A stretch of DNA of 64,000 bases, from NCBI GenBank assembly GCA_964016885.1, contig OZ024743.1:160828001-160892000 (forward strand). The letters run 5' to 3'. Positions 40,384-56,876 of this stretch are shown in pieces (the first letter of the stretch is position 1; each line of letters opens with the position of its first letter). This stretch comes from Eledone cirrhosa. Taxonomy: Eukaryota. The notes under the pieces were generated by a model that saw nothing but the letters and a program-made list of their open reading frames with translations, was not told where the DNA came from and searched no databases. Position numbers and translations under genes: made by a program.

Positions 40384-40444
40384 TATTCTATTATATATAT
40401 TTCAAGGGCACCAAAACTTTGGTACGCTCTCATCAGATAAAATA
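40384..40444 (-). ncRNA. Type-I hammerhead ribozyme motif (best preserved), downstream of PLE 41789-43750
   Basis: tattttat-CTGATGA-gagcgtaccaaa-gt-tttggtgccctt-GAAA-tatata-TA-atagaata; 8-bp stem I, ~11-bp stem II. Confidence 0.85.
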
Positions 40445-40456
40445 CAAAGTTTGTTT

Positions 40457-40667
<211 letters not shown>

Positions 40668-41380
40668 GTGTACTAAACCCATGGTCTTATCTCAATGTTA
40701 CTCAGACACTATCCGATGTGTGCTTCTTTCGAGACCGTTTGAAGTAAAGGAGATATGATTGATTATATGAAGATTAAGTGTTCAATGTTGTTCCGTCGTG
40801 TAATATAGGAGAGATTTCATATAACCTCTGTTGAACAGCGGTAAAGGTTTGGTAAACGAAGATGGAGGAAAAAAGATAATGTTTTCCACTTCTAACAAGC
40901 CCCAATTTAGATAAAGCATACCGTAGCAGTCTCATCATTAATTGTAAAACCATACCTTCACTAACATGTATACTTAAAAATATCATAAGCAGAAACCTAA
41001 ACACACCGTCATAGATACATTTATATATGTGTGTATACGTGCGTTTGTGAGTGTATGTATATATACATACACATACAGACACACACAGACACACACACAT
41101 ACAACATACATACACACATGTGTGTGTGTGTGTGTATACAGCAAGGGTAAAATACTACATAACTCATAATATGGAGTAGCATATTATGACCAGAAAGAAG
41201 AGAAGCACAACAAAGAACACATAGTCATTGAGGAGATCACGGAATGTGTGATGAAAGAATCATTACGTACAAACAAATAACTAATGATAAGGATAAAATG
41301 AAAAAGCGAAAATCATATGGTGCGTGTGATTCATTTTATTAGCAATACTGGCAACATGACCGTACCCAAATATAACAATA

Positions 41381-41505
<125 letters not shown>

Positions 41506-41788
41506 GTAGAACACTGTAAGGTAATATCCGTAGTGTTAGGGCGCTCAGTCCATGGGATGAGTTAGGTAGAAGTGGTTACACAACAGTTAGTTCACCATAC
41601 CGAGAACAATTGTTTCACCTTAGCGGATCCTCAGCTCGTAATGGATATGGTTATACGGAACAGGAAGGACAACCGTACAAACGCGCATGCGCAGAAACGA
41701 TCACTTCACACAGGCAATGCTAAATTGCGTGCGAGAGGTGTAAGGGAGATAACTGCGAAAGTCCGAATGTTTCTATTTGATAAGAAAA

Positions 41789-43750
41789 TTAGGATGTTGT
41801 AATACAATCCGAAGCTTTGTAGTTATGTAAGAGGTGTTTCCAGACGTGTGGACAACGTGTGAAGAGTTCACATCTCGTGTTTAGGCAATCACTATTGCGT
41901 AATCTCTTTAGAATATTTATTCGTTCATCAATACATAGTCCACACGACGGATTGCCCCTTGCATATGGCTTGGACTTAGTGATGGCTTTCCATTGAATGG
42001 AGTAGTCTATACTTGAGTCCTTGAGGTACCATACGTGGCTCGCGAGTTTCGTGGATGAACGTCTGTCCGGGTACCTAAAGGTCGACTGGTGATTCAGGAA
42101 GCGCTCCTTAAATCGGCCCTCCGCCATACCCACATAGGATTTGACCTCCTGTGGTTGATTTGGTCGGTTGGAAGTGACCACAGCTTCATAAACTACAGCG
42201 GATGTGTTGCATTGCTGTTGAAGGGGACAAGCTTCGGGCTTACGGCAAGAGCATCCTCGTGGGGTGTTGCTCTTAGGGCTGTTGGTGATGTGGGCCTTCA
42301 TGTTCTTAGTGCAGGAGTATCCTAGTTTTACTTTGTGTCGGTTAAAGATGGAGCTGTATGGACCTATGGGAAAGTGTCTATCTAAGAGGGCTAGAAATGT
42401 TTTGCCTACATTGGTTTTAACGTTGAGTGAGAAGGGAGGCGAGAACCAGATAGTTTGTCTATTGCTACGCTTTCTTTTCTTATTGCTGTTGTTGATAGTG
42501 GGAGAGTAAGTGATAGGTTGCGAGAAGCCGTTGTTAGCTAACGCCGTGTTATAGTAGGGTGCCGCCCTGTGAAATATAGCCTTATTAGCGGAGAGGTTTG
42601 AGATTCTAGTACTGATAGTATTTACGAAGTTTCTAAAAACAGTGGGAGGGTGGCATGAGTCCTTGTGAATGTAATTGAGTTTTTCGTTTAGCTGATGGAA
42701 GGGTCTGTAGGTGTGTGTGCGGAGGTCTAAATTAATGTCTAAGAAATCTACGCTAGAGAGGTTGGTAGCCACTGTTATCCTAAGTCCTAACTCATTGAAG
42801 GTAGAAGCTAAGTCTTTTTTAAATCGGTCGAGGTCGTGACCACTTTTATGGCTCGATAAAGTCAGTCCATCGTCGCGTTATATTCCCGTGTGGAAGTCCG
42901 GGATTCTAACACGTAATATGTCTAAAATAAATAGGCCAACCAAGTCGCATACGTCAGCACTGTCAATCGATCCCATGGAGACGTCGAATAGTTCTGAAGT
43001 GGTTGACTTCTTTGCCCAGACTATCTCGTTGTTGAAGAGGAGGGTTTTCCGGCAGTGAGCGATGATTTCCGTCTAAACTATCGACGGTGGTATAAGTGGC
43101 AGCAAAGTCCAACGCTTTGTTTTACAGGGTCTCTGAGATCGACGGGTAAAAATCGACAATGTCAAACTGTGTGAACTTCGCTTCTTTGGATTTGAAGGAG
43201 TTAAACCACTTAATTACGGAGTCAATGTTCTCCCACTGGGACAGGTTGGACTTGATCCTAATGGTCTGAACTATGTTTCTAAGTATGGCCTTACTGACTA
43301 GTCCCATATCTGTGCGTGCCTGGTTTATTAGTCTACACGTGGGGTTAGAAGTAAATTCTACCTTGTGATCTTTCAGTGTGAGGAACGCCTCCCGCTTAGC
43401 TAGAGATTGTAGCTTCTTATCTACCTTAAGGGCGGCGGCAAGTTCTTTGACTTCTGTATTAATGCCGTGGTAGGCCATAGGGTTAGCTTTCTTATATTGG
43501 GAAGTAATAGCGTTATGGGCCAAGTGGCGGAAAGTGGTGTTGTCGACTTCGTAAATATTATTAGTTGTGTCGGAAAGAATAGAAAACCTAAATTTCTTAA
43601 TATCATTTCTAAGTTTACTTTGAAAGGTGCTAGGGTGTTTGCGAAAGGAAATGTTAGCGACTAAGTCAAGAAGGTCCGCCTCGAAAGGAGCAAGTTCATT
43701 TCCTTAGGAGGGTAGGCTCTCGATTTCAGGTTGAAGGTGTTATGGTTGCC
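41789..43750 (-). pseudogene. Penelope-like element ORF (RT + CxCx5C + GIY-YIG), 5'-truncated, frameshifted
   Basis: FDIVDFYPSI, MGSIDSA, RDD, FLDI, CSCRKPEAC, VVY...YVGM..F..R...H, CGLC..E, CLN, CPH. Confidence 0.92.
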
Positions 43751-43752
43751 TG

Positions 43753-43820
<68 letters not shown>

Positions 43821-43856
43821 GTGTGTGTGTATACTCATATATAACATATATACATA

Positions 43857-43890
<34 letters not shown>

Positions 43891-43984
43891 AACTATAATA
43901 AAGTAAGGAGTGCGGAACTGCGTTCAGAATATACTTTTTTTTATCCCGTTGGTAAAATAAGTTGGATTACTTTGAATAAATAAT

Positions 43985-44074
43985 TGTTTCTACTTTTGGC
44001 ACAAGGCCAGCAATTACCCAATGCATTACTGGTACTTTATTCTATCGACCCCGGAAGGATGAAAGGCAAAGTTA
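43985..44074 (-). mobile_element. 5'-truncated SINE with 16-bp TSD
   Basis: ACTTTGAATAAATAAT at 43969-43984 and 44075-44090. Confidence 0.88.
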
Positions 44075-44622
44075 ACTTTGAATAAATAATGAATGAATAT
44101 TGCATATTTTATCTACTATATTACGTTATTCTTGATTAAATATAAATAATTTTATTGCTTATTTTATGATTCACTTATTTAAAATTTTCAAATGTCAACA
44201 CTTCCGGTAAGCGATCAATTAAATAAACATTCATATATTTCCGTCACTAATTTTCTCCTAATGGAGTTTATATATAATATCGTCTTTTTTTTAATGTATC
44301 ATGGATTACTTTATTGATTACATAAGACAGTGTAACGTAGTCTTCGTTCAGTTTCTGTGTATATTGTCAATTCAAATATATTTGATGTATAATATCTACA
44401 TACATATAATACTTGCGTATAATATCAATATGCACACTACACATGCTAGCAGAAAACCACCGGAAGGGTGGTTTTTCTGCTAGTAGTAATAATAAATGAG
44501 AAAACTAAAATACGAAGAGGGCTCGATAAAGATTATATATATATAATATATATATAAACCCGTACAGAAAAAAATTATTATAAGAACAGATTAAAGGATT
44601 CCTTGCTTAAACTTTAATCTGT

Positions 44623-44752
<130 letters not shown>

Positions 44753-44833
44753 TTGTGTATAATGGTAGCTATGGTGCTTCTATAGGTGGTATGCCAAAAT
44801 TAGCACTCAATATTCATACAGAGTAGAGTGTGG

Positions 44834-45066
44834 ATAGTATAAAAACACGAAAAATCAGTGATGCATCTGGACCCAGTTTATTGCGTGTTACAATTGTTGA
44901 GAAAATTTGCTCCGAACGAACTATCCGTGTCTGAAGGAACCTGCAGCCGTAGAATCAGCCAGATCTATGCAGTGATCATGTCTCGAGCTACCTACCGGCG
45001 AAACAATTGAAACACGCAATAAACTGGGTCCAGATGCATCACTGATTTTTCGTTTTTTTATACTAT
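44834..45066. mobile_element. 233-bp fold-back mini-element with 65-bp inverted repeats
   Basis: 44834-44898 is the reverse complement of 45002-45066. Confidence 0.85.
44926..45016 (+). ncRNA. Degenerate type-I hammerhead with long stem II
   Basis: cgtgt-CTGAAGG-...gccgtag...ctaccggc-GAAA-caattg-AA-acacg; the other arm keeps caattg-TA-acacg. Confidence 0.55.
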
Positions 45067-45098
45067 ATATATATATATGTGTATGTGTGTGTGTGTGT

Positions 45099-48420
<3,322 letters not shown>

Positions 48421-48647
48421 ATTTACATGTTAAAACGAATTCAAATGTTGATATTTTTCAATGGTTGTCTAGAAACTATTCTGAAAATAAGCTCCTCAAA
48501 GATGACAGAGAAACAGCAACAATCAATATATCGATTGATAAGTATTTCTTGACATAAGCTGTCTGAGAATGCATCTTACACCAATTTAAGGTTTAAATTC
48601 TCATAAAAATTATATAGATACATACATATATATATATAAATAAATAA

Positions 48648-48689
<42 letters not shown>

Positions 48690-48824
48690 CTGTGTGTGTG
48701 TGTGCGTGTGCGTGTGGGTCCGTGTGTATGCGTTTGTTGTGCGCGCGCGTATGTTTCAAATGTCAGACTGAAAGTTCTCGTTGAACAACTATTCAGTGAA
48801 AGGTCAATAGTGTCCCCGAAAGCT

Positions 48825-48825
48825 T

Positions 48826-48923
<98 letters not shown>

Positions 48924-48934
48924 GGTGGTGGTGG

Positions 48935-48965
<31 letters not shown>

Positions 48966-49075
48966 ATTAATAGTAGTAGCAGCAGCAGCAGCCGCAGCAG
49001 AGGTAGTAGTAGTACCATCAATAGCAGCAGCAGCAGCAGGAGGAGCAGTAACAGTAGTAGTAGTTGTAGTTGTAG
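48825..49075. repeat. Compound trinucleotide repeat (AGT)n(GGT)n(AGC)n
   Basis: Direct inspection. Confidence 0.97.
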
Positions 49076-50594
49076 TAACAGCTGTATTATTAAGAGTGTT
49101 TATTACAGTAGCAGTTGCTTAACCATGGGACATTCCAGGGTTCCAGGAACGATTTACTGGAAACCATTCCGGCTACAATCACTCCATCTTTTTTATATCT
49201 AGCAATACATATTTGAACTCTAAATATACGTCCTTATGTGAGAAACTCTTTAGATTCTTTCCCTTTTTGCAGCCCCTACGAGGTGGTTTATTCTGTGAGT
49301 AGTAGCAACAAAATCTCACCCAAATCAAAGCGCTACGATATTTAAAAAATGGATATTGATATTGCGATATTGGAAAAGTAGTCCTATGTGAACTATTCCC
49401 GAAAATAAAATACCAAGCTAGACACTGCTGGAATATGCTTGAACAAGTTTACTTATTCAAGGCTGATCTGGAATTAATCAACAATTTCTATTGAAATATG
49501 TTTAGATGTAGGATATCATAGTTATATGTCACGGTAGATATGTGGAAAGAAGGGACGGAGGTGATAAAGAAGTGAGAGAGGAAAGAAAATGGGGGAAAAG
49601 AATAAAACGAGGAAAAAAATGCGAGAGAAAAATGAAAATTAAAATAAAGAAAGACAGAGCGAAGAAAGCCATTTGAAGGAAAAAGCACTTAAATGTTACA
49701 TAGTATATTTTGTTCTAGTGGATCAGTCAAATTATAAGACGAAATACATCCATACTATTATTGATTATTGGCTAAATATTTCTGTATCAAATCTTTTATA
49801 CGTCACATCATTCTAGCTAAAAATATTCTTTTATGTGTATTTTTTCTTTGAGTTCGAGTACATTAACTACAATACTGTTGTTTTGACCCAAGTCACTTCT
49901 GGTCCAGCAGACTTATGATCGAAGTTATTTCATTCATGACTAACTTATATTTTCTCCAGGTGCAGTATATCTAAAATTACAATGTTCTTCCTAGCAAACC
50001 GAGCGAGTACATACAGGTTTCTACTGGTTTGTTGAAAGTGTGTAAGGAGATGTAGCGCTTGTTCTTTAGTCCCAAGTCAGTTCTGACCAAGTAGACCTAT
50101 AATTAGAGATATTTCAGTCATCTTTAGTCTGTCTTGTTTTATATTCAAGTCTGCATTATTCCATTTTCAAGATGAGAATGGTTTGACTCCTATTTCTAGC
50201 AGATCATATGACCACGTGGAGCTTCTCTCGTTGGATTGAGAGGATTGTAGTGTTGATCTCAGTTTAAGTTGTTGTTATTGGTGACATTGTATAGTTATGT
50301 AACTCCAGGTCTGCCACGATTGAGCATAATTGTCTCGATCGAATGCGAGAGTGTTCCGCAGATCTATTATTACAGATTTACCATGCATCGAGCTTTGTCA
50401 TGCAGACATTTACTGTATAGGTTACAGATTTGCAGTCCGCACACATCGCACCTTTGCGATTACCCTGTCTGAATTTTGTATGCTAGCATGTTATTTTTGA
50501 GATTATTGTGCCTGCAGCTGTTTTTGTACCTATGTACATATTCTTTTATATTTGTCTGGATTATATAGAAAAGGTAATGTTATTAAAATATTCT

Positions 50595-50705
50595 CATCCT
50601 TACGGGGTCGATAAAATAAAGTATCAGTCATTCACTGGGGTTGATTTAAGTCGACTTCTCCCCCCCCCCAAAAAAAAAAGAATTGTTGGCCTTGTGCCAA
50701 TATAA
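50595..50705 (+). mobile_element. Partial SINE of a related subfamily
   Basis: TCATCCTTACGGGGTCGATAAAATAAAGTA...CACTGGGG...GGCCTTGTGCC. Confidence 0.7.
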
Positions 50706-52244
50706 GAAACCTTTATTAGAATATTCTGGAATGTTGCAGCTGTGCCTGGAGTGAGTGAGAGTGGCAATGTATTGAGGAAATTGGAAATGTATCAGGAATT
50801 TCGGGTTGACTTTATATGTAGTGATTTGGAGTAATGTGGTTGAAGTTTGGTTCATGAATGAATTGTCTTCCTTGAATGTTCGGTTGTTTGAATGGTTTTG
50901 TTTAGTTGCGTAGTTGTTTGTATGAGTATCCTTTTTGCGGCTTGTTTCATGCAAAATGCACTATTTTGGTTATGTGTACTTTATTGGGGTTTGCTGTCGG
51001 GTGGGTATTGATGATAATGATGACAATGATAGTTGTATTGGCAGTGGGGTTTGTGAAGATGGGCACAAATATGATGTTTATCGTCACAGTGATTGAATTT
51101 GATTTGTACGTGTTAATAGTCGTTCAATATTATTTCAAAGACCAATATTCCGAGCATACCGAAAGAATGGATATCGTGCAGTGTTGTACTTCTTCCCACA
51201 TCTTGGATGATCACTCTACAATACAATTCCAAAAGATTTTATCTCGAATAGGTCGACTTTTTCTTTAATCCCCCTGAATTTCATATAATACATACCCAGC
51301 AGTATACTGAGGGGCAATTCAATTAACCATGCTCTCTATAATATTTTCCTTCTGCTAAATTGGAAAAAAACAAAAAAAGAAGTGAAATTATTAATTGTAT
51401 CCTTCAATTCTCGAAATATAACGTTCTGATGGATGAATTGAATGGGCTTGAATTGGAATGCAAAAGTGAAGTTGATCAGTTCCCTAGTCGGAAATGAAGC
51501 AGTTATATACGAAATGTCAATATTCTTTTTAGCCATTTTATTATTTTACTATTGTACCATTTTCAAGTTGAAGACATTATAAGAAACAGCCATAACAAAA
51601 AATGTAAAAAAATATTTTTAAAAATCAAGAAAAAGCTAAATCCAGGCTTTCTGAAAAAAAGAAAAGACTAGATGGCTAAAAGAGTTCTAAATAAACGTAT
51701 CGGAAAAAGAGATTGGATGGTCACGGTTAGAATACATTTGATGATAAGTATATCCGATCAAAACTGACTTATTGTTAAACAAGAAGAACGATAAAATAGA
51801 AAGAAATGAGTTATATAAACAGATTTAAGGTTTTATTCACTTTCTTGAAGGTATAATTAAAGTATGTTTAAGTATTTTCCTGCCTAGGAAGTTTCAAGAC
51901 AGACACTATTCTGAAATTAACCGACACATCAGATAGCATCCGATCCATTATAATGTCTTCATACAGTCATAAAATTTGCTGAGTAGGCAAGTCTTCTTCT
52001 TGGCGACGACAGAGAAAAGTGATTTGTGTTGCCGTTGTTAATATTGTTGCTGTTGTTTTTAATGTTATAAGTATAGACGTGCTTATGCTGATGTTGTAGC
52101 GAGGGAAACAGTGTGAGTAGACTGAACAATGACATTAGTACTTTCCTTTCCAACATTTTAAATCAAAAGTAGAGTAAAGAAATGACAGCTGGATAAGGAA
52201 ACAACAACAACAACAACAAGAATACACACATGGTGGATAGGTTG

Positions 52245-55200
52245 TTATGGAATCGCTCCCGTAAGTTTTTGATTTTTTACAAAATTATTCTATCACAATT
52301 GTGATAGAATAATTCTTATTACAAATGGGACATAAGATACCAGTCTTAACTTTCAGGAAGTGGCAACGCATAAAATTATGGCATAGGGCTTCAATATTTA
52401 ATATTTAATTTTGTATCAGAAATGTTATAGTCAAAAAAGGAAAAGGTTACAAATGGTCACAAATGGAAGAAAACAGCCAAATAATTTCACCACCAACACC
52501 ACCACAGCCACCACCACCACTACTACAAAAATTTAGCTAGATACAACAACACCATCACTACAGTATTACTATCCCGTCACCACATTCACCACTGCATCAT
52601 CGCTACCACCACTATTCCCCTACTACCTCCTGTTAAGAGAGGGATGGTAGTAGTGCCACGACACATGACTAGAAGCGAGGAAGTCACCAAAAGATATAAA
52701 AAGATATAAATAGACTGATTTAATGACCCGGTCAAACAGCTAACAACAACACCAAAAAAACAATAATTATTGTTGTTGTATCTCTAAACTCTCTCAAAAT
52801 ATTTAGTTTGAGCGATGTCAAATCTAAACTAAAATATAATAAGAATAATTGTTTCTACTTTAGGCACAAGGCCAGCAATTACCCAGTGTATTACTGGTAC
52901 TTTATTTTATCGACCCCGTAAGGATGAAAGGCAAAGTTAACCTCGGCGGGATTTGAACTCAGAATGGCAAGGGCCGTAACTCTATACGTCAAAGCATGGC
53001 ATCCGACCCTCTACCGATACTGCCAATCCACATAAGAATAATGATAAGCAACAAGTTGAAAAATTACAGAGCAGAACACAGACAAAAACAAATGCAACAA
53101 CAAAAGAAAAACAAATTTCAAAAGCTTTGAACGCAACGAGCCCTACATCCCTCGTAGCTAAAATCAAAAATAGCAGCAGCAGCAACAACAACACTAGTAA
53201 CCGATGTTACTGGCCTTGAAAAACAAAAAGGAAAAAAGAAAAAAAGAAAGACTAAGTCAAACATTCAAACATTACAATGAAACTTATGTTTATTTTTTTA
53301 AGTTTTTATCTATTTGTTTGTTTATTTATTTATGTTCGTCTACAGAGTGATGGTGCCACGCTAAAATCACCGGAGGTGATGAAATCACTGGGGGGTGATG
53401 AAATCACCGGTGGTTATGTAACCATACATTCACCAATCCTCCACATGAGTGTTTAAATGTCGAACCTAAACAGCTCGAATAACGGTGAAGAGGAGACTGA
53501 AACGTCATGTGAAAGACTCTCACGCAGCAAGTGCTCCCTGGCCCAGCAGCAGGGACCTGGCTGTCATCCAAATACTGCTGGTGTTGGAGGAAGAATAAGG
53601 AATCGAACAAGAACCAACTGGGCGAAAGAATTGACTAGAACTGTCATGAAATGTTACCTGAACAGTAACCCCATGGAAAAAGGCTATAGGAAACGGATGA
53701 TTAACATCTGGAACGAGATTGGTGTATTTAAATTAGATGAACAAAAATTGGCCGGGCAGGCTCGGGTAATAAGAACTAATGGATGGATAAGCGAGTTGGA
53801 ACTGGAGGAACTGGACAGAGAGATTAAGTTGGAAATGGAAAGTGGAATATGTCAGGTAAACGAGCCATTGGGAAATGAAGGTGAAGAGGTTGAGAGACCT
53901 GAGGAAGCATCCGAAGCAGACAATGATCTGAATGCTGAAATAAATAACATCTGGAACAAAGATACGGCCATTTAGGAAATGAATGCTGACGGACTAGGAC
54001 AAGATTTGGTTGATATCCTAAACTTAGTGGTAGATGAATTGAACAATGATAGTGGGAAACCTATGAACCTAAGATTTGTAGACAGGAACAAGTTAAAAGA
54101 AACAACAGCTAAGTTAAACAAAGTCATCCCATACCTTGAGACGAGGAACCTTCACCAATGCAACAATATCCTCAAAGCAACAGCAAATGCGGTGAGGAAA
54201 TTTCTAGGCATAAAAACGAGAGGTAACAACAAACAAGAAAGATCATAACCTTGGTGGAGGAACGACTGAATGGTTAAATCAAGGAAATGAGAAAAGACAT
54301 TGGAAAGCTTGAGTCCCTAATGAATGGGACACTAAAAAAACATAGACACTAAAAATAGATTGGAAATAAAGTACAAAACTAAGGGGGAAAAGATAAATAT
54401 TATCATAGTGGAACTGAAGCAACGCATCGTTGCAAAAAGTGCAAAGATTAAGCGGTATGAGAGCAGAGTCAGTCAGTATAGACAGAACCGCATGTTGGAC
54501 AACAGCCAGATGTTGTTTGGACAGCTTGAAGGGAAAAAAAGAGGCAACGACTTGATCCCTGAGGCGGAACAGACTAAGACGTTCTGGAGAGGAATGTGGG
54601 AGCACGATGTCAGGCAGTGTGGATTGAGACAGTACAAAAGGAGATTACTGAACAAGCCCGCCAACAAACTGATTTGATTATCACAGTTGAAACTCTTAAA
54701 GGGCAGGCCAAAAAACTAACCATCTGGAAATCACCAGGCCCAGTTGGTGTACAGGGGTATTGGATTAAAAATATAACATCCCTCTACCCGAAACTCACAG
54801 CCATGTTCAATGACTGCTTGATGTCGGGTGAGGTACCAGAGTGGTTGACAAAAGGTACCACAGCTCTGATAATGAAAGACCGAATCAAGGGTAATGATGT
54901 TACCAACTATAGACCTATCACATGTCTATCCGTAATGTGGAAACTCTTAACAAGCATTGAGTCTGAGGTAATCTACCATCACCTCCACATAAACAACTTG
55001 TTACCGGACGAACAGACAGGATGCCGAAATAAGTCCCGTGGTACAAAAGACCAGTTACTTATTGATAAGATGGTAATGAGGAATTGAAAGAGGAGACACA
55101 CTGGTCTTCCCATGGGATGGATAGATTACAAAAAGGCATTCGACAAGGTACCTCATTCTTGGATAACCAAGGTGGCAGATAACATCAGACAGTTGTTGAG

Positions 55201-56818
55201 CAAAGTATGAAGTCCTGGGAAATAGAGTTAACATCGGGTGGAGAATCCTTGGGAGGCGTGAAGATCAAGAGAGGTATCTTCCAGGGAGATAGTTTGTCCC
55301 CTCTGCTGTTTGTCCTTGCCCTGATACCCCTGACCATTATATTGCGAAGAGTGAGAGCAGGATACAAGTTGGGAAAAGGAGAGCTTACCATCAACCCCCT
55401 CCTATTCATGGACGATCTTAAACTCTTTGGGAAGAGTGAGAAGGAGTCGGATGTACTTGTTGACACTGTCCGTATTTTCAGCAATGATATATGTATGGAA
55501 TTTGGTATTAATAAGTGTGGAGTCCTAGTGATGAGGAGGGGTAAATTAAGCAGAAGCAAAGGAATCCAGGTACCAACAGGTGAGATGATAAAGGAAATTA
55601 ACACTGAAGAGGGATACAAATATTTAGGTGTTCTGGAGGCAGATGACATCCCGAGCTGTGTCTATTATTAGGTACAGTGCGGGAATTCTGAGATGGAATG
55701 TTGCTGAACAAAAAGAAATGGATAGGAAGACTAGGAAGCTATTGACTATCTACAACATGTTCCACAAGAGGAGTGATGTCGATAGACTCTACTTAAGGAG
55801 ATCTGAAGGTGGTAGAGATCTTTTCAGCATAGAGGAATATGTTCAGATGGAGAAAAACAACCTGCACAAATTCGTGACTAACAGTAGGCAGCCAATGCTC
55901 AAAATTGTACTGTAGGGGAAGACAATAGACCAGGGGATGTCCAAGGAGGAAATAACAACAAGGAGGAAGAGCAACCTTCATGAAAAATCCCTTCATAGTA
56001 CCTTCTTTAAGAAAACTGAATTTAGAGATCCACAGACATGGTTGTGGTTAAAAAGAGGAGACCTTAAAAAGACTACAGAAGGAATGCTAATGGCTGCGCA
56101 AGAGCAGGCCCTCAGAACGAAGTGGGTGAAACACCATATTTACAAGGAGGAGGCTAGCTCACTGTGTAGGTTCTATGGAGAGAGAGAGGAGACTGTGGCT
56201 CACATTGTATCCGAGTGTAAACACCTAGCCCAGACTCACTATAAAGGCTGGAGACATGATGTGATAGGTAGGGTGATCACTGGCACCTATGCAAAGTAAA
56301 CAATTTACCACATTCTGAGAAGTGGTATGAGCATAAGCCAGAGTCAGTGATAGAAAACGATCAGGTGAAGGTGCTGTGGGATTTGAGGATACAGACGGGC
56401 AAGAAATTAGAACACAATAGACCTGACCTGGTGGTTTTGGACAAGGAAAAAAGATCGTGCCTGATTGTGGATGTAGCCTGGGGCCCATTTTACACGAGAG
56501 TGCAAGAAAAGGAGAGGGAGAAAATTAACCGATGCCAGGACATAAAGTGGGAGTTAAAAAGGATTTAGAACTGCCATGAAGTCAAAGTGGTCCCGATTGT
56601 CATAGGCGCACTAGGTACTATCTCAAAAGGTTTCCAGGGATGGTTAAATAAAATTGGCCCCGCCCCGCTTTTTGGAACACTTCAAAAGACATGCTTGCTG
56701 GGAACAGCAAGAACCCTCCGATACGTCCTGAATATCTGAGGCTGCAGGTAGTGGCTTGATATTCATTTCAACAAACTTTCCAGTTAATAACATCAATGAC
56801 TGAGACTCAAAGAACAAC

Positions 56819-56876
<58 letters not shown>
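52245..56876 (+). mobile_element. R4/Dong-like non-LTR retrotransposon, older decayed copy, (TAA)n tail
   Basis: Broken ORF 53457-56739 collinear with 57971-61363; 5' region AATCGCTCCCGTAAGTTTT shared with 56911; (AAT)n 56818-56876. Confidence 0.92.
52850..53031 (-). mobile_element. tRNA-derived SINE with 11-bp TSD inside the 5' region of the older Dong-like copy
   Basis: ATAAGAATAAT at 52839-52849 and 53032-53042. Confidence 0.9.

Noticed and set aside
48593-49202. Poly-Ser/Gly or poly-Leu/Pro ORFs
   Set aside because: Trinucleotide repeat translation; no splice or homology support
53425-53495. HDV-like ribozyme upstream of the Dong-like ORF (TCCTC, CGAAT)
   Set aside because: Could not find P1/P3 pairing in the required order; region overlaps coding sequence
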